A stretch of 64,000 bases of DNA from Eledone cirrhosa (lineage: Eukaryota). The stretch's first letter is position 1. Each line of letters starts with the position of its first letter. This document shows, in pieces, positions 13,595-26,020 of the stretch. Under the pieces are notes generated by a model. The model ran no database searches, had not been told where the DNA came from, and worked only from the letters and a program-made list of their open reading frames with translations. The stretch is taken from NCBI GenBank assembly GCA_964016885.1, contig OZ024747.1, forward strand, positions 84,320,001 through 84,384,000, in the 5' to 3' direction. The position numbers and the translations under genes are program-made.

Positions 13595-15558
13595 CTGTAA
13601 ATAAAGGACAAAATATTTTTAAATAACATTTCTTTTAATGTAGGCATAAAGTCTCAGTGATACAAAAGTATAATGGGAATTAGTTATATTAGATAATAAT
13701 AATTATTATTATTATCATTATTATGGATGAAAGTTGTTAAAATATTTTTAATGAAAAATAACCCTTGCTAACAGGAAAAATAGATTGTACTACAGTTGTA
13801 CTAGTTTTTATAGTAATCATTTAACTCTTTAGCATTTACATTACTCTATATTTACCATTATATTTTCACAACAAAGGCTTTATCTCACATAATATTGAAT
13901 CTATGAGATTTTGATATTATTTATTTTGAGAACAATACCTTAACATCAGTATGAGCAGCAAGTTACAGCTGGTTTGAACAGAAAGAGGTGAGAAAATTCT
14001 AGTTGGATACGGTTGATTTAAATGCTAAAGGGTTAACATGTTTTCTCTGCCAGCAATGGTTGGACAAATTGTAACAGACCACACAGTACATGAGCAAAGT
14101 TACTGACCTCTTAGAGGGAGTGAGGGACCAGCACTAGAGAAGCTGATACAGCTAAAGAGTCCTCTTGACCCTTAATTTGGCAGGTTTTCTTCGGCTGGAT
14201 GCCCTTCTTATGTATATATATGTATGCATATGTAGAGAAGTGACAAATGCAGCATAGCTTTTCTTCTACAGATATAATGATGATTGGAATACCCTTTGAC
14301 TTTGTCTAGCTCAAAATACACAAAGGCCTTTATACATTATTGTGACTGCAGCAACACTTTCCTGTGGTGTTCCTGTTTTACTGAAGCTCATTATGTCATG
14401 GTATGGTCAGTGTAGTAGAATGTAACTAAACTTGGTAGCTATCACTGTCAGCTCTAACATCCTTCACAATTCATAAATAGTTTGATTCATATATATATAC
14501 ATGGACCCGTAACTCCTGATTGAATCATGGGGGTATTGTTGTGAGCTATGACATGCCTTAAGTGCTTAAAAACTTGGATCCTATCTCCATTCTGGTTCTG
14601 AACACAACAGAGTTCTTCTTAAGAAAGAGACAGGGGAGTAAAGAAGAGAAAAAAATCAACCCCGTACTTGATCTCAGCAGGGAGCAAAGCATTCTATCCT
14701 ACATTCTAACAACTGCCAATTCTCAGCAGTGAATATGACCTAAATGTTTTTTTTTCAAATTAACTCTTAACAGCTTGTAATGATTTAGCTAAAATATCTA
14801 AAAACAGGGTTAATTCAAATGTTTGTAGTATCTTTACTAGTGGATAGTTTGTTGTAAAAATTTAATATTGCTTTAAATTTAATATTACTTTAATATTGCT
14901 TTAATATTGATGCAGTCATAAAATTGATTTGTACTTTTCAAGGATGCCTTGCTAATGTGGTTTCAAGAGGTACAGAACATATAAGTCAAATACAACAATA
15001 ACTGAATGCATCTAATTAACATCTCTCTTTTTATTCTTTTTTTATTTTTTTACCACTTTTGCCTTCAGTAAATTTGGTTCCAAACTCCAAAATTCGGTGT
15101 CACTCCAATAACTTCACACAGCTGTGTTCATCTGAGATGCAGTCATTACAGAACCCCTCCCAGGATGGGATAAACAGCAAGGCAAGCAGCTGAAAGTGTG
15201 GACTGCTATGACTAGGTGTCAGATCTTGTCTTCACATGAATATCTGGTCTTCACATATATAGTGTTGTCCATGGGAATCATGACTGGATGAAAATATATG
15301 CATCAAATATTTAGGTTTGCTGTACATGGACAGCCTCTGTTTGCGATGTTATGGATGCACTGGCTGGAGCCGATTCAGCCCACCTTGGGTAAATGCCAAT
15401 ACAAATACATGTAATTAACGCATCTTTACTCCTATAAACAAACACTACACTGGATATACTGAACTACTCCATTGATGTATTGAAAACATTGAGGGGTTTC
15501 TGCATCATTTGTTACAGATAAGATAGACAGATGGGGAGGTCAAAGAACAAGTACTTAC

Positions 15559-15714
15559 TGTTACAAAAGAACTGGTAAACTTTGTAAGCATTCGTACCAC
15601 CTTTATGGTTTAAACTGGAAAGTTCTTTGCAGTCTGGTAAACTGTTTAAGGCACAGCGAAATGTAGCTTTAAAGCGTTTTGTATTGGGCATGTCTTCAGT
15701 TGGTACAAACCTGC
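15559..15714 (-). CDS. IRF1/2: IRF1/2-like exon 3: recognition helix half of the DNA-binding domain (not in ORF track)
   Basis: Manual translation GRFVPTEDMPNTKRFKATFRCALNSLPDCKELSSLNHKGGTNAYKVYQFFCN contains the FRCALNSLPD motif. Acceptor tttccttgcag, donor AAC A|gtaagt; 156 nt, phase 1-1. Confidence 0.95.
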
Positions 15715-16141
15715 CTGCAAGGAAACATGGATATTTTTATAAGATACATTTTTGTATATAACCACATATCTTGCTTCAACTACTAAAACACAGATAAAAT
15801 GAAAACATATATAAAATTTACAGTTCACACTCATGTAAGTTTAGCTGGCCTCCTACAAGGTTACATCTCATAGGTTTCTAGTTGATTCAAATTAATCACA
15901 AAAGATTCATGCTCAACAAAATTAGTTCAACCTCAATTACTATTTATGACTCAAAATTTGTGCTAGATTGCTAGCTTTCCTAACTAGAACACACCAACTG
16001 GACCTACCAGCTTCTCTATGGTCCACTCAACCTGCTAGAAAGAGCAGCCAAATACCTTTCAAATCACACCATATTATCTTTAACCATTGTGATACAAAAC
16101 TGCCTAAAACCATTCCTGGTTCTATGAAACAACTATTTCTT

Positions 16142-16311
16142 TTAACTCTTAACATCCTGTATTGCATGAAACCACATTAGCAAGGCATTCCAGCACTATG
16201 ACTGCGTCATATTAAAGATATGTCCACAAGCAAAAAAACTATAAACATTTGAATTAACAAATCCATTTTTAGATATTTTCTGCTAAATTATCAAAGGATG
16301 TCAAGAGTTAA
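16142..16311. mobile_element. piggyBac-like MITE family 3; other copies ~25703-25884, ~24897-25122, partials near 11003 and 14761
   Basis: TTAA-CTCTTAACATCC ... GGATGTCAAGAG-TTAA termini. Confidence 0.6.
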
Positions 16312-17449
16312 ATTCTACTAACATTATCATCATCATTTTACAACCATTTTCCTTGCTGGCATGGGTTAGAAGGGTGGTCTTGGTGGAGTCTAGGGTGGTC
16401 AGGGAATCATGTCTGACAAATCTAACAATATATTTCCTTTACTTGTAATTTAAGCCAAATTGTTGTATTTGTTGGTGCATGAGAAACAAAATATTTTTTT
16501 TTAAGAATTTTAAGAACGGTGAAGTTTTCAAGTACATTGACTATAAATGAATGACCTTAATGTCTAAGACTCAGTGAATATTGGGGTCAGTTTCCATATC
16601 TGTAGATATATAGTACATTATACATAAAAAAAAAGTTCTTAGACTACTGACATGTCACAGATCAATGATTCTGAATGTAGAACATATGACTAATATTTCT
16701 CTATTTATTTTATATATCATTTTAATACCAAGTAATTGGCAGAGACAGAGAATGCTTTGTGGTATTCAAAACCCACTGAGGTCAACTTTACCTTTCATCC
16801 TTTTGAGATGAAAAAAAAAAAATACCTGTCTAGTACTGAAGTCGATTCTTCCTCTATATCTCTTTTCACTTTCTATCATCACTCTCTCCTTTTCTGGAAG
16901 AAATCAGCTGTGTTCAGAGCTGGAGAGAGGAGAGGCTCTACCAGATTTAAAAAATACCCCTACAACTCCATACATATTTTTATATTGAGGTAGGTGGTGA
17001 GGTATCAAACATTATTTTAGGTGTAGTGGTGACACAGAGAACAAAAAAGGTTAAGAGCCACAGTCATAGATTATTTGATCCGAGCTCCATTAACATTTAA
17101 CCCTTTTGATACCAACCTGCCTAAAGGGTTCCTACTTAAATTAAAATCTAACATAATTTCCACTAAGAATATTTTGTTATTTTACAAATACCATCTAAAT
17201 GATTTTAGTAAATCCTTCTCAAATTCTTCACTAATTAATTAAAATATTAAATATTTCATGTCTTTCATTAGAAATATGGTAATAAAATGGTTAATGAAGT
17301 TTTCTTTTATTCTTTTATTGGTTTCAGTCATTGAAGTATGACCATACTAGGTCCCCAATTCTATTTTCTTTTCAAAAATGTATCCAATCCTTCAATTTGA
17401 ATTATGTGACAAATAAATACCTTTTTCAAATATCTACACACACACACAT

Positions 17450-17812
17450 ATATCATCATCATCACCGTTTTACATCCGTTCTTCCACGCTAGCATGAGTT
17501 AGACGGCTTGTCCTGTTGTGGGCAGTGCCCAGTCGGCTGACCTTGTCTTGCTCATATGGGAACTGATTATAGCTTGATTTCTACAGCTGGATGCCCTTCC
17601 TAACACCAACCTCATTTACAGTGAGTGCTGGGTGCTTTTTTGGCACCTCCACGACCACTTTGCAGTGGGATGATAGGGGCCCCAGTCCTATCATCTCATT
17701 TCTACAGCTGAGTAAACTGGAGCAATGTGAAATAAAGTGTCTTGCTCAAGGAAACAACATCACCCAGTCTGAGAATTGAACTCACAATGCTTTAACCACT
17801 AAGCCATGCGCC
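17450..17812 (-). mobile_element. Full-length CORE-type SINE with RTE-type (ATG)n tail
   Basis: High similarity to 21968-22255 in the opposite orientation; the spurious ORFs 17591..17779 and 21987..22226 are nearly identical. Confidence 0.85.
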
Positions 17813-17819
17813 TTTATAT

Positions 17820-18113
17820 ATATATATATAAAACAGAGAATGTCTGTCTGTCTGTCTGACTCCCTAAAACTCGAGAACCACCCAACCGATTGTTTTCAAA
17901 CTTTACACATGTAATACTTATGGTCCTGAGAGTGTTTTGAGCAAAAAACATTTCGAATTTTCAATGCCCTAGGGACCGCATTAGGCGATTTAGCGATCTC
18001 TCTCTATAATTCTTAGTCTTTTTTTTTTAGATAGATACATAGATATAACGTTGCGCCCTTATAATATCTGTCTGTGTGTCTGGCTGTCTGCATTATGACA
18101 TTATGACGCTATA

Positions 18114-18160
<47 letters not shown>

Positions 18161-18275
18161 TGTAACGTTTTTCGAAATATTTACTTCTGCGTTCACAGAT
18201 TGATTTTTTTAGTTTCAGAAGATCCCGTTAAGGGTGAAAGCAGCGATTCTTTGCTTAAACTTTAATCTGTTATTT

Positions 18276-18331
<56 letters not shown>

Positions 18332-18470
18332 GTGTACAGATATTTTTGCATACACAATAACAAAATATAAACAAACGTATTTATTTCATGAGGCTCGATA
18401 AGAATAAATATATATCAAATATATAAGAACCCTAGAGCAAATCCCGAGCAATGCTGGGCCATTCTGCTAG
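17820..18470 (+). mobile_element. Non-autonomous Helitron-like element
   Basis: (GTCT)n near the 5' end, subterminal hairpin CCCGAGCAATGCTGGG (18443-18458), terminal CTAG followed by T; second copy at 42715-43412. Confidence 0.75.
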
Positions 18471-20584
18471 TATATATATATATATATATATAATCATCAT
18501 CACCATTTAACAGCTATTTTTCATGCTTGTATGGATTAGATGAGCTGTTATGTACTGAGGCCAGAATGGTTAGGTGACTACGTCATATTCTTATGCTATG
18601 TTTTTGGCTTGGTTTCTATGGCTGGATACCCTTCCTAACACCAACCACTTTACAGCATGTAGGGGACCAGTTTATTGTGACTCCAGCATTACCACCTTAC
18701 TGAGTGCTTTTCATCATGGGACCAGCACTACCACCTTACAGGGTGTACTGAGCACTTTTCATTGACACCAGCACTACTATCTTACGTGTGTGTGTGTAGC
18801 TAGTTAGGGAGGGGGAGTAGTTTTGTTTGAGTTATTTTGTCATATTCATGCAAAGTGAAATGCTAATGGATTTGTTTGTTATCTGCACAACTGTAACATG
18901 TTAATAGTTTGTTCTCTGAGCAACTTGTTTATCTTTTGTGTTAATATTTCCTGTTAACGTGCTGTACTTAAATATTCAAAGTATTTCAACTCTTCAAAAT
19001 ACAATGCATTTTTAAATGTCACAGCAAGTTCTTTGACGCATCATCATCATCATCATCATTTTACATCTGCCATTCTATGTTGATATAGAGTGGATGGATC
19101 GGAAGGAAGAGGTCTCACTCAGATGTTTCATTTTGGCATGGTTTCTACAGCCGGATGCTGTTCCTAACATCAACCACTTTACAGAGGGTACCAGATGGAT
19201 TTTATTGTGTCAACAGCACTGAGTGGCTTCTTGTGTCAGTGGGGCAACTAAGGAGCCCTCTCTACCCTTTTGGTATGATTTCTACACTTTCAAACACTTG
19301 AAATGGATGGTTTGTAAGGAAGGTAACTAGCTATAAAATAAGGCACTGTAAAGTGGTCGTGTAGGAGTCACGACAAAATGCACCCAGCCCACACTGTAAA
19401 GTGGCTGTGTAGAAGTCACAACAAAAAGCACCCAGCACACACTGTAAATGTGGTTGGCGTTAGGAAGGAAATCCAGCTGTAGAGATCTAGCCTGAAACAG
19501 TTCTGTATGAGCAAAACACGGTTACCTGATCCAACTGCCTCTAATAAGACAACCCCTTCTAACCCATGCTAGCATGGAAAGTGGACGTTAAATGATGATG
19601 ATGACTTTATTTCCTATAAACTTTCAACATAACTCTATATATTGCTACATTATAAGCAAAATTTTGTCAGTCATTATTTTCGCCATTTAATTTATTCACC
19701 ATAACATCATTATGGTATTGTGCTCAAAATATATAATATCAAAATCTCATAGTTTCCATATAATGTAAGATAATTATGTGAAATGATGTGTTTACCCTGA
19801 AAATACAATAGTAAATATAGAGTAATGTAAATGTTAAAAGGTGAAACTAATGTGTAAATGGCTGAGTATTCCACATATGTGTATACCTTCAATGTAATTT
19901 TCAGGTCAAATCAACATGACATGTGATAAGGTTAGACCTTTGAATTACAGCTACAATCCAAGTTACAGGTTTCCATCTAATTTCACTCACATGGCTTGAG
20001 AGGGGGGTAAAAGACACCTGCTCATGGTACCATATAGAACTCCCGATCCTATGATTGAAAGTCCAACTTAAGCATCTGGTTTTGCCTGCATCCTTTTGAA
20101 AGATACTAACAAAAACTTTTCTTTCTTAACCCTTTCATTACCATATTTCTCATGAAATACTTTGTATTTTAATTATTTCATGAAGAATTTAGGAAGGATT
20201 TACTAAAATGATAATTTCATTAAGACATTTCTAACATAACAATGTTCTGATATAAAATTGTTGGGAGGTTTTTAATTTAAGTAGGGATCCATTAAGATTG
20301 TTGGCTTTGTTTCATAAAAACTGAGTATATAAGTAAAAGTTTGTAAGGAGAGAAAGAATATATAGAAAGCTAAGTATATGAGAATAAAAGAGAAAGGGAG
20401 AGGTCTGTGTTTAAGGGAAAGAGCGAGAAATCAAATGAAAAAGGCAGAATAAAAGAGTGTAAGAATAGTGATTGTGCTTGTATTTGATTTATATATAAGC
20501 TTACTTACACTCCTACATTTTCTTGTTCTTAACAAAACAACATAACAATGGTCCAATAAGATTTACTATTAAATAAATACTTAC

Positions 20585-20812
20585 CAGTGTGTTCAGCCCA
20601 TTTTACAAATAAATTGGCATCATTTGGTGTCCAATTTTGGCTAGAACCATGTTTCCAGGGAATGCGGAAGATTTTCCTCTTTTTATCAATCCAATACAAG
20701 CCTGGAATGTTTCCAAAATTCAGAAGTCTGCTCAGCCAGGGTCGCATACGTTCACGTTCTACAGGGCGTACTCCTCTCCGTTTAACAGCTGGCTTGTTAC
20801 TTTCTATAGTTT
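20585..20812 (-). CDS. IRF1/2: IRF1/2-like exon 2: N-terminal part of the IRF tryptophan-pentad DNA-binding domain
   Basis: RPVERERMRPWL...IPGLYWIDKKRKIFRIPWKHG...LFVKWAEHTG closely resembles the vertebrate IRF2 start (PVERMRMRPWL). Acceptor ttttgtttgaaattatag, donor ACT G|gtaagt; 228 nt. Confidence 0.95.
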
Positions 20813-21967
20813 CTATAATTTCAAACAAAAAGACCTCTCAAAGATTTATATCATAATTATTGACTTCAGAACTACCTATTTTTACATACTAATAAATGTG
20901 TAAGATAGGTGTTACGATGTAGCTTAACTCTTAATGTCCTGTACCACATGAAACTGCATTAACAAGACATTCTTGGAAAGTATAAAAAATGAACTTCGAG
21001 TAACAATATAACTTAGTGAAAGAAAAATTTGTTATTTATTGTTCCTTCAATTTTCTGTCATTGTACGATTTTTGAACACCCTAATGTCTCCATTTGTTGT
21101 TAATAAAGAATTGTTTTTTTCTGCCTGGAGTTGTAATTGGTAGATAGTTTCAGAAACGGAAAGACCAATGGAAACATTGTTTCCTTGATCCAATTTGGTG
21201 AGTTCCACCCCACTCAGTCAGTGAATGAGGTCAGTTCTTGTTGATTGATTGATTATTTATCTTATGGGTTTATCACTTCTCGTCAAATATGAGGTGCCTA
21301 AACCACCTTCACAGTGTAACCATAGTTTTGGGGCCTAGTACTGGATGGCACCATTATATGGAGGGACAGACTGAACCCTTCACACAGCGGACCCTCAGTT
21401 CAGGTGTCCCGTGGCACCGCTATGAGAAGGAACAGGCCAGTTGGCCATGCCAAACCCCCTCTCACAGTGGGGCCACATTCCGGATTTGGGAGCCCGAAAC
21501 TGTGCTACGCGGAGGATCAGACCTGTTGCCCACGCCAAACCCTTCACACAGAAGACCCATAGCTCAGGAAGTTATTTCTTTATTAAAATGGTATTTGTAA
21601 CATAAGTAAAATTATGTCGGAAGATTTAAATTAAAATAAAAACCCTTTAAAATGGGTGGTTTGGGGCGGGTTAGTAACAAAAGGATTAAATAGACACACA
21701 CTAAGGTTCCCTATAGCTTTTGAGTTAATAAAAAAAATCCAAAAGTAACAGGGAAGTATGTAGCAAAGATGTATAGAATGAGAAAAGTCAATAAGGAAAA
21801 CGAATTGAGAGAACAATACAAGATAAATTATATATATTAGTTTAATACTTGATAAAATAGAAAAAAGTCTTAACGTTTTGGACATTAGACATTCATCGAA
21901 TGAGAAATAGAAAGAGAGACTAGAGTAAGAAAAGGAAAGAAAACAGGTAAAAAATTCTTTTTAGGAG

Positions 21968-22320
21968 GCACATGGAGGCACATGGCTTAGTGGTTAGAGC
22001 ATTGGCCTTGCAATTGAAAGGTTGTGAGTTCAATTCTCAGACCGGGTGATGTGTTGTTTTCTTGAGCAAGACACTTTATTTCACATTGCTCCAGTTTACT
22101 CAGTTGTAGAAATGAGATGATAGGGACTGGGGTCCCTATCATTCCACTGCAAAGTGGTCGTGTAGGTGCCACGGAAAAAAAGCACCCAGCACTCACTGTA
22201 AATGAGGTTGGTGTTAGGAAGGGCATCCAGCTGTAGAAATCAAGCCAGCATCAGTTCCCGTCCCACCCTTGCAAGCAGGGAAAAAGCGGACGTAAAATGA
22301 TATGATGATGATGATGATGA
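21968..22320 (+). mobile_element. Full-length tRNA-derived CORE-type SINE with the tail of LINE family B1
   Basis: A box TGGCTTAGTGG, B box GAGTTCAATTC, central TTGAGCAAGACACTTTATTTCAC; 3' end matches 43425-43494. Confidence 0.85.
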
Positions 22321-23439
22321 GGAAAATGCACGTGTAGTTTGTCAGCCATTTTGGAAGATTATATAGAAACTCAATAGTGAGTAATTATTAAAAATACTAA
22401 ATGTGAAATAGTAATATGAAAGAGTATCAAATTTTAAAGTACCCTAGTCACTGTAAAGTAGCAAGCAAGTATCCTTTAACTGAAAACTTGCTGGAAATAT
22501 ATGTTTGGCTATCAAAGTGACATAATTAATACATACAGAAGTAAAATGATAGCATTATAGAGAAACTAGATGATGTGTAATAATGGAGGTAACAGCAAAG
22601 GATTAGATAGACAGATAGAAAAAAAGAAAGGAAAAAATTTGAATCTCACATCTGTGTAGGTTTGGTTTGGCTAGCCTCTCACAAAGGTTACAAATCATAG
22701 ATTTCTTGAATGTTTTAAACCTTTAGCATTTACATGACTATTATATTTTCATGGTGAAGGCATGATATGGAATCTACGAGATTTTGATATTATTTATTTT
22801 GAGAACAATACCTTAATGACAGTATGAGTGGCAGGTTATGGCTGGTTTGAACAGAAAGAGGTAAGGGAATTCTGGCCGGATATGGCCGGTTTAAATGCTA
22901 AAGGGTTAAGGATAGGGGCAGTAGTCCTATCAGGAAAAGCAACATGAAATGAAGCATCTTGATCAAGAACACAATGCAGTGCCTGTCTGGTCCTTACCTC
23001 CAGTATTACACATCATCTAGTTTCTCTATAATGCTATCATTTTACTTCTGTATATATCAATTACGTCATTTTGATAGCCCAAACATATATTTCCAGCAAG
23101 TTTTCAGTTAATGGCTATTCACGTTACTTGCTACTTTACTGTAACTAGTGTACTTTAAAATTTGCTTCTCTTTCAGATTACTATTTACATGTTTTGTATT
23201 TTTAATAATTGCTCACTGTTGAATTTCTATATAACCTTCCAAAATGGCTGACTACACATGCATTTTCCTCCTAAAAAGAATTTTTGTCCAACCACTAGAT
23301 CACATGCCTTTACTGAATAAACAACAGTGAGTCAAAGATCTGATAATGTACAATGTTAACTTAAAAGAAAAACTGAGTGCAAGTGAATGTTTCTTTTATT
23401 TTATTTTACTTGGTAAGTCTGGAGGAAGAGGTAGTGTCC

Positions 23440-23810
23440 CTGGCCTTCCAATACTGGAGAGATTGATACCATTGGTGTTTAAATTGTTTGTTGCAGGTTC
23501 AATCCTTTGAACAGTAAGTTCCAGAGAGCTGACATTCTGAGTAGATAAGACTCAACATAGTGTTGGACTCAGGTGATGAGATTAGTGAGTGAGGAATATG
23601 TAAGTGGGGGTAGCATGAGTTCAGCAAGCTCTGAGGAGCAAAGTCCATTGTAGTGATGGTTGAAGAGGCAGAGGGAGTAGACAGTGCATATGTGGGCCAG
23701 AGGAGAGTATCATTAAATAGATTAATCGAGCAGCTTTTTTCTAGATGCATACCTTGGACATTTTAAATCTGGCAGAATCCATCATCTCTCCAGGTTTGAA
23801 CACAGCCAAA
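23440..23810 (-). mobile_element. Degraded CR1/Jockey-group LINE 3' fragment
   Basis: One minus frame reads SLCLFNHHYNGLCSSELAELMLPP, typical of post-RT regions of CR1-group ORF2. Confidence 0.55.
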
Positions 23811-25246
23811 TCGTATCAGAAAAGGTGAGAGTTTGAGAGAGGAAGTGAGAAAGAAACATATAGAAAGAACTGCCCCCAGTTTTTTATTGACCTTAGAACA
23901 ACGAAAGGCAAAGTTGACCTCAGTGCAGTGAGCCAGAACAAATACTAGGAAGAATTCTATCCAATGTTTTAATGATTCTGCCAATTCACTGCCTACTATA
24001 TAAGCTATACTGATGGTAAAAATATTGGTTAGAACAGATTTCAGAACATCCAGTCTCACAGAATATATAGATTGCACATGATCAAGACACATGACAAAAC
24101 ACCATATTTCTGATTCAATCTAGCATGAAAAAATTAACAAGTAATTGATGTTAATAAAGAAACAAAAGTCAGCATTGTGATGAAATTGGTGATGATAAAA
24201 TATAAAAAACTGAAGGTCTATTTTAGAGAATAAAAGTTACTGCAATTGTCTGTAGCTGAACGAAGAACAATGGTTTCTAATTTAGGCACAAGACCAGCAT
24301 TTTGGGAGGAAGAAGTCAATTAAACTGACCCTGGTACTTGACTGGTACTATATTTTATCAAGCCCAGGAAAGATGAGAGGCAAAGTTGATTGACCTCAGA
24401 ATCTAAAAAGGCATAACTAAATACCTCATATGATTCTGTCAGTCCACAAAGTTATTAATGATGTTATTTAATTTTAATTTTGGAACAAGGTTATAAATGT
24501 TCAAAATGTAATTAATATAATTGGAGCCTAGTTATTACCTAAGACTGTAACTTATTTTATCAATTTCATATTCAAAAATACTAGGTCAAAGTTGATAGGA
24601 TATGAACTCAGAACATGAATAGATACAAGGTATTTAATCCTATAAACATATAAAAGAATATGATTGATTAAATCTACTTCACCATATTGCTGGTACTTAT
24701 TTTGTCAATCCACTTAGAAGGATTTCAATTCAAAACAGAAAAACTAAAAACTGTAAGACCTTTATTTTAATAATATAACACTCATTAAGTTGTTTGGAAC
24801 AATTTTACAAAACCTAATATAAAATTATCACCAAGGGTTTTAGATGAATATAAACACATTAAAATTAAGTTTTCTATCATAAAACCAGGAGCAGTTTAAC
24901 TCGTAACACCCTGTAATAATTTAGCAGAAAATATTTTTTTAATGGGTTTGTTAGTTCAAATATCTATCGTACTTTTATTAGTGGACAAATGGTTGTGAAA
25001 ATTTGCAGTATTAGACTAATGACTAATTTTTAATGTGATGTAGTCATAATGTTGGTTTCTACTTTCCAAGAATGTCTTGCTAATGTGCTACGAGATGTTA
25101 ATTGTTATGCATTTTGGTATCAAAAAGGTTAACTAAATACTGCAATACATTATAGTTCAGTTTATTATTATTATTATTTAATTAATTAATCATTTGAAGT
25201 TATCATTTGGAATTAGTCACTCTTAGGTACTTAATTCATACACATT

Positions 25247-26020
25247 GTGTGAATTTATATTTAGCGTCTGTGAAAACTCACTTGCTTAAACTATTAATAA
25301 ACAGAATGAGGTGGGAGCAACAGAGGTGATCCCACTGCACTTTAAGAAAAATCCCCTAGGTTCGCTGCTTTATTTCATTCCTTTTAATGTGTAGGAATTT
25401 ATACCTAGAGTCTGTGAAATTCAAGTACCCTTATTATTAATATAAAGAAAGGAGAGTGTGGGTGGGGGGTGGGGTCTCTCACTAGCATCTTGAAGAAAAA
25501 TACCCCAGATTTGCTAGTTTATTTCACAACCTGGGACTATCATTCTTTTTAATGTGTATGGAGTCTATAAAACTTACCTGCTGAAACTATTAATATAACA
25601 GAGAACTGGGAGGGAGCAGCAGAGGTGATCCCACAGCACCCTTAAAAAAAAAATCCATTAAATTCTCAGAGTAATTTCACAACTTGGGACTATCTTTCCT
25701 TTTTACTCTTAATATCCTGTAATGATTTAGCAGAAACTATCTAAAAACTGGTTTGTTAATTCAACTGTTTATAATAACTTTACAGGGGGACTCATTTTTA
25801 ATGTCATACAGTCATAGTGCTGTTTGTACTTTTCAAAAATATCTTGCTAATATAGTTTAATGCAGTATAGGACATTCAGAGTTAGTGTGTAGGAATTTAT
25901 ATCTAGAGTCTCTAAAACTCAAGCATCCATACTATTAATATACTATAGAAAGGCACCCTAAAAAAAATCACCTAGGTTCACTGCTTTAGTTCACAACCCT
26001 TGGACTATCTATCATTCTTT
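25247..26020. repeat. Four diverged tandem units of ~140-165 bp, interrupted by a MITE
   Basis: Units start TGTGT(A/G)..GAATTTATA..TAGAGTCT at ~25247, ~25388, ~25553 and ~25885. Confidence 0.7.

Noticed and set aside
19340-19460. Short ~45-bp repeats that look array-like (CRISPR?)
   Set aside because: Internal subrepeats of the SINE/LINE tail module; no unique spacers, no cas genes, eukaryotic context.
21968-22050. tRNA gene
   Set aside because: A and B boxes are present but continue into SINE body and tail; no convincing cloverleaf.
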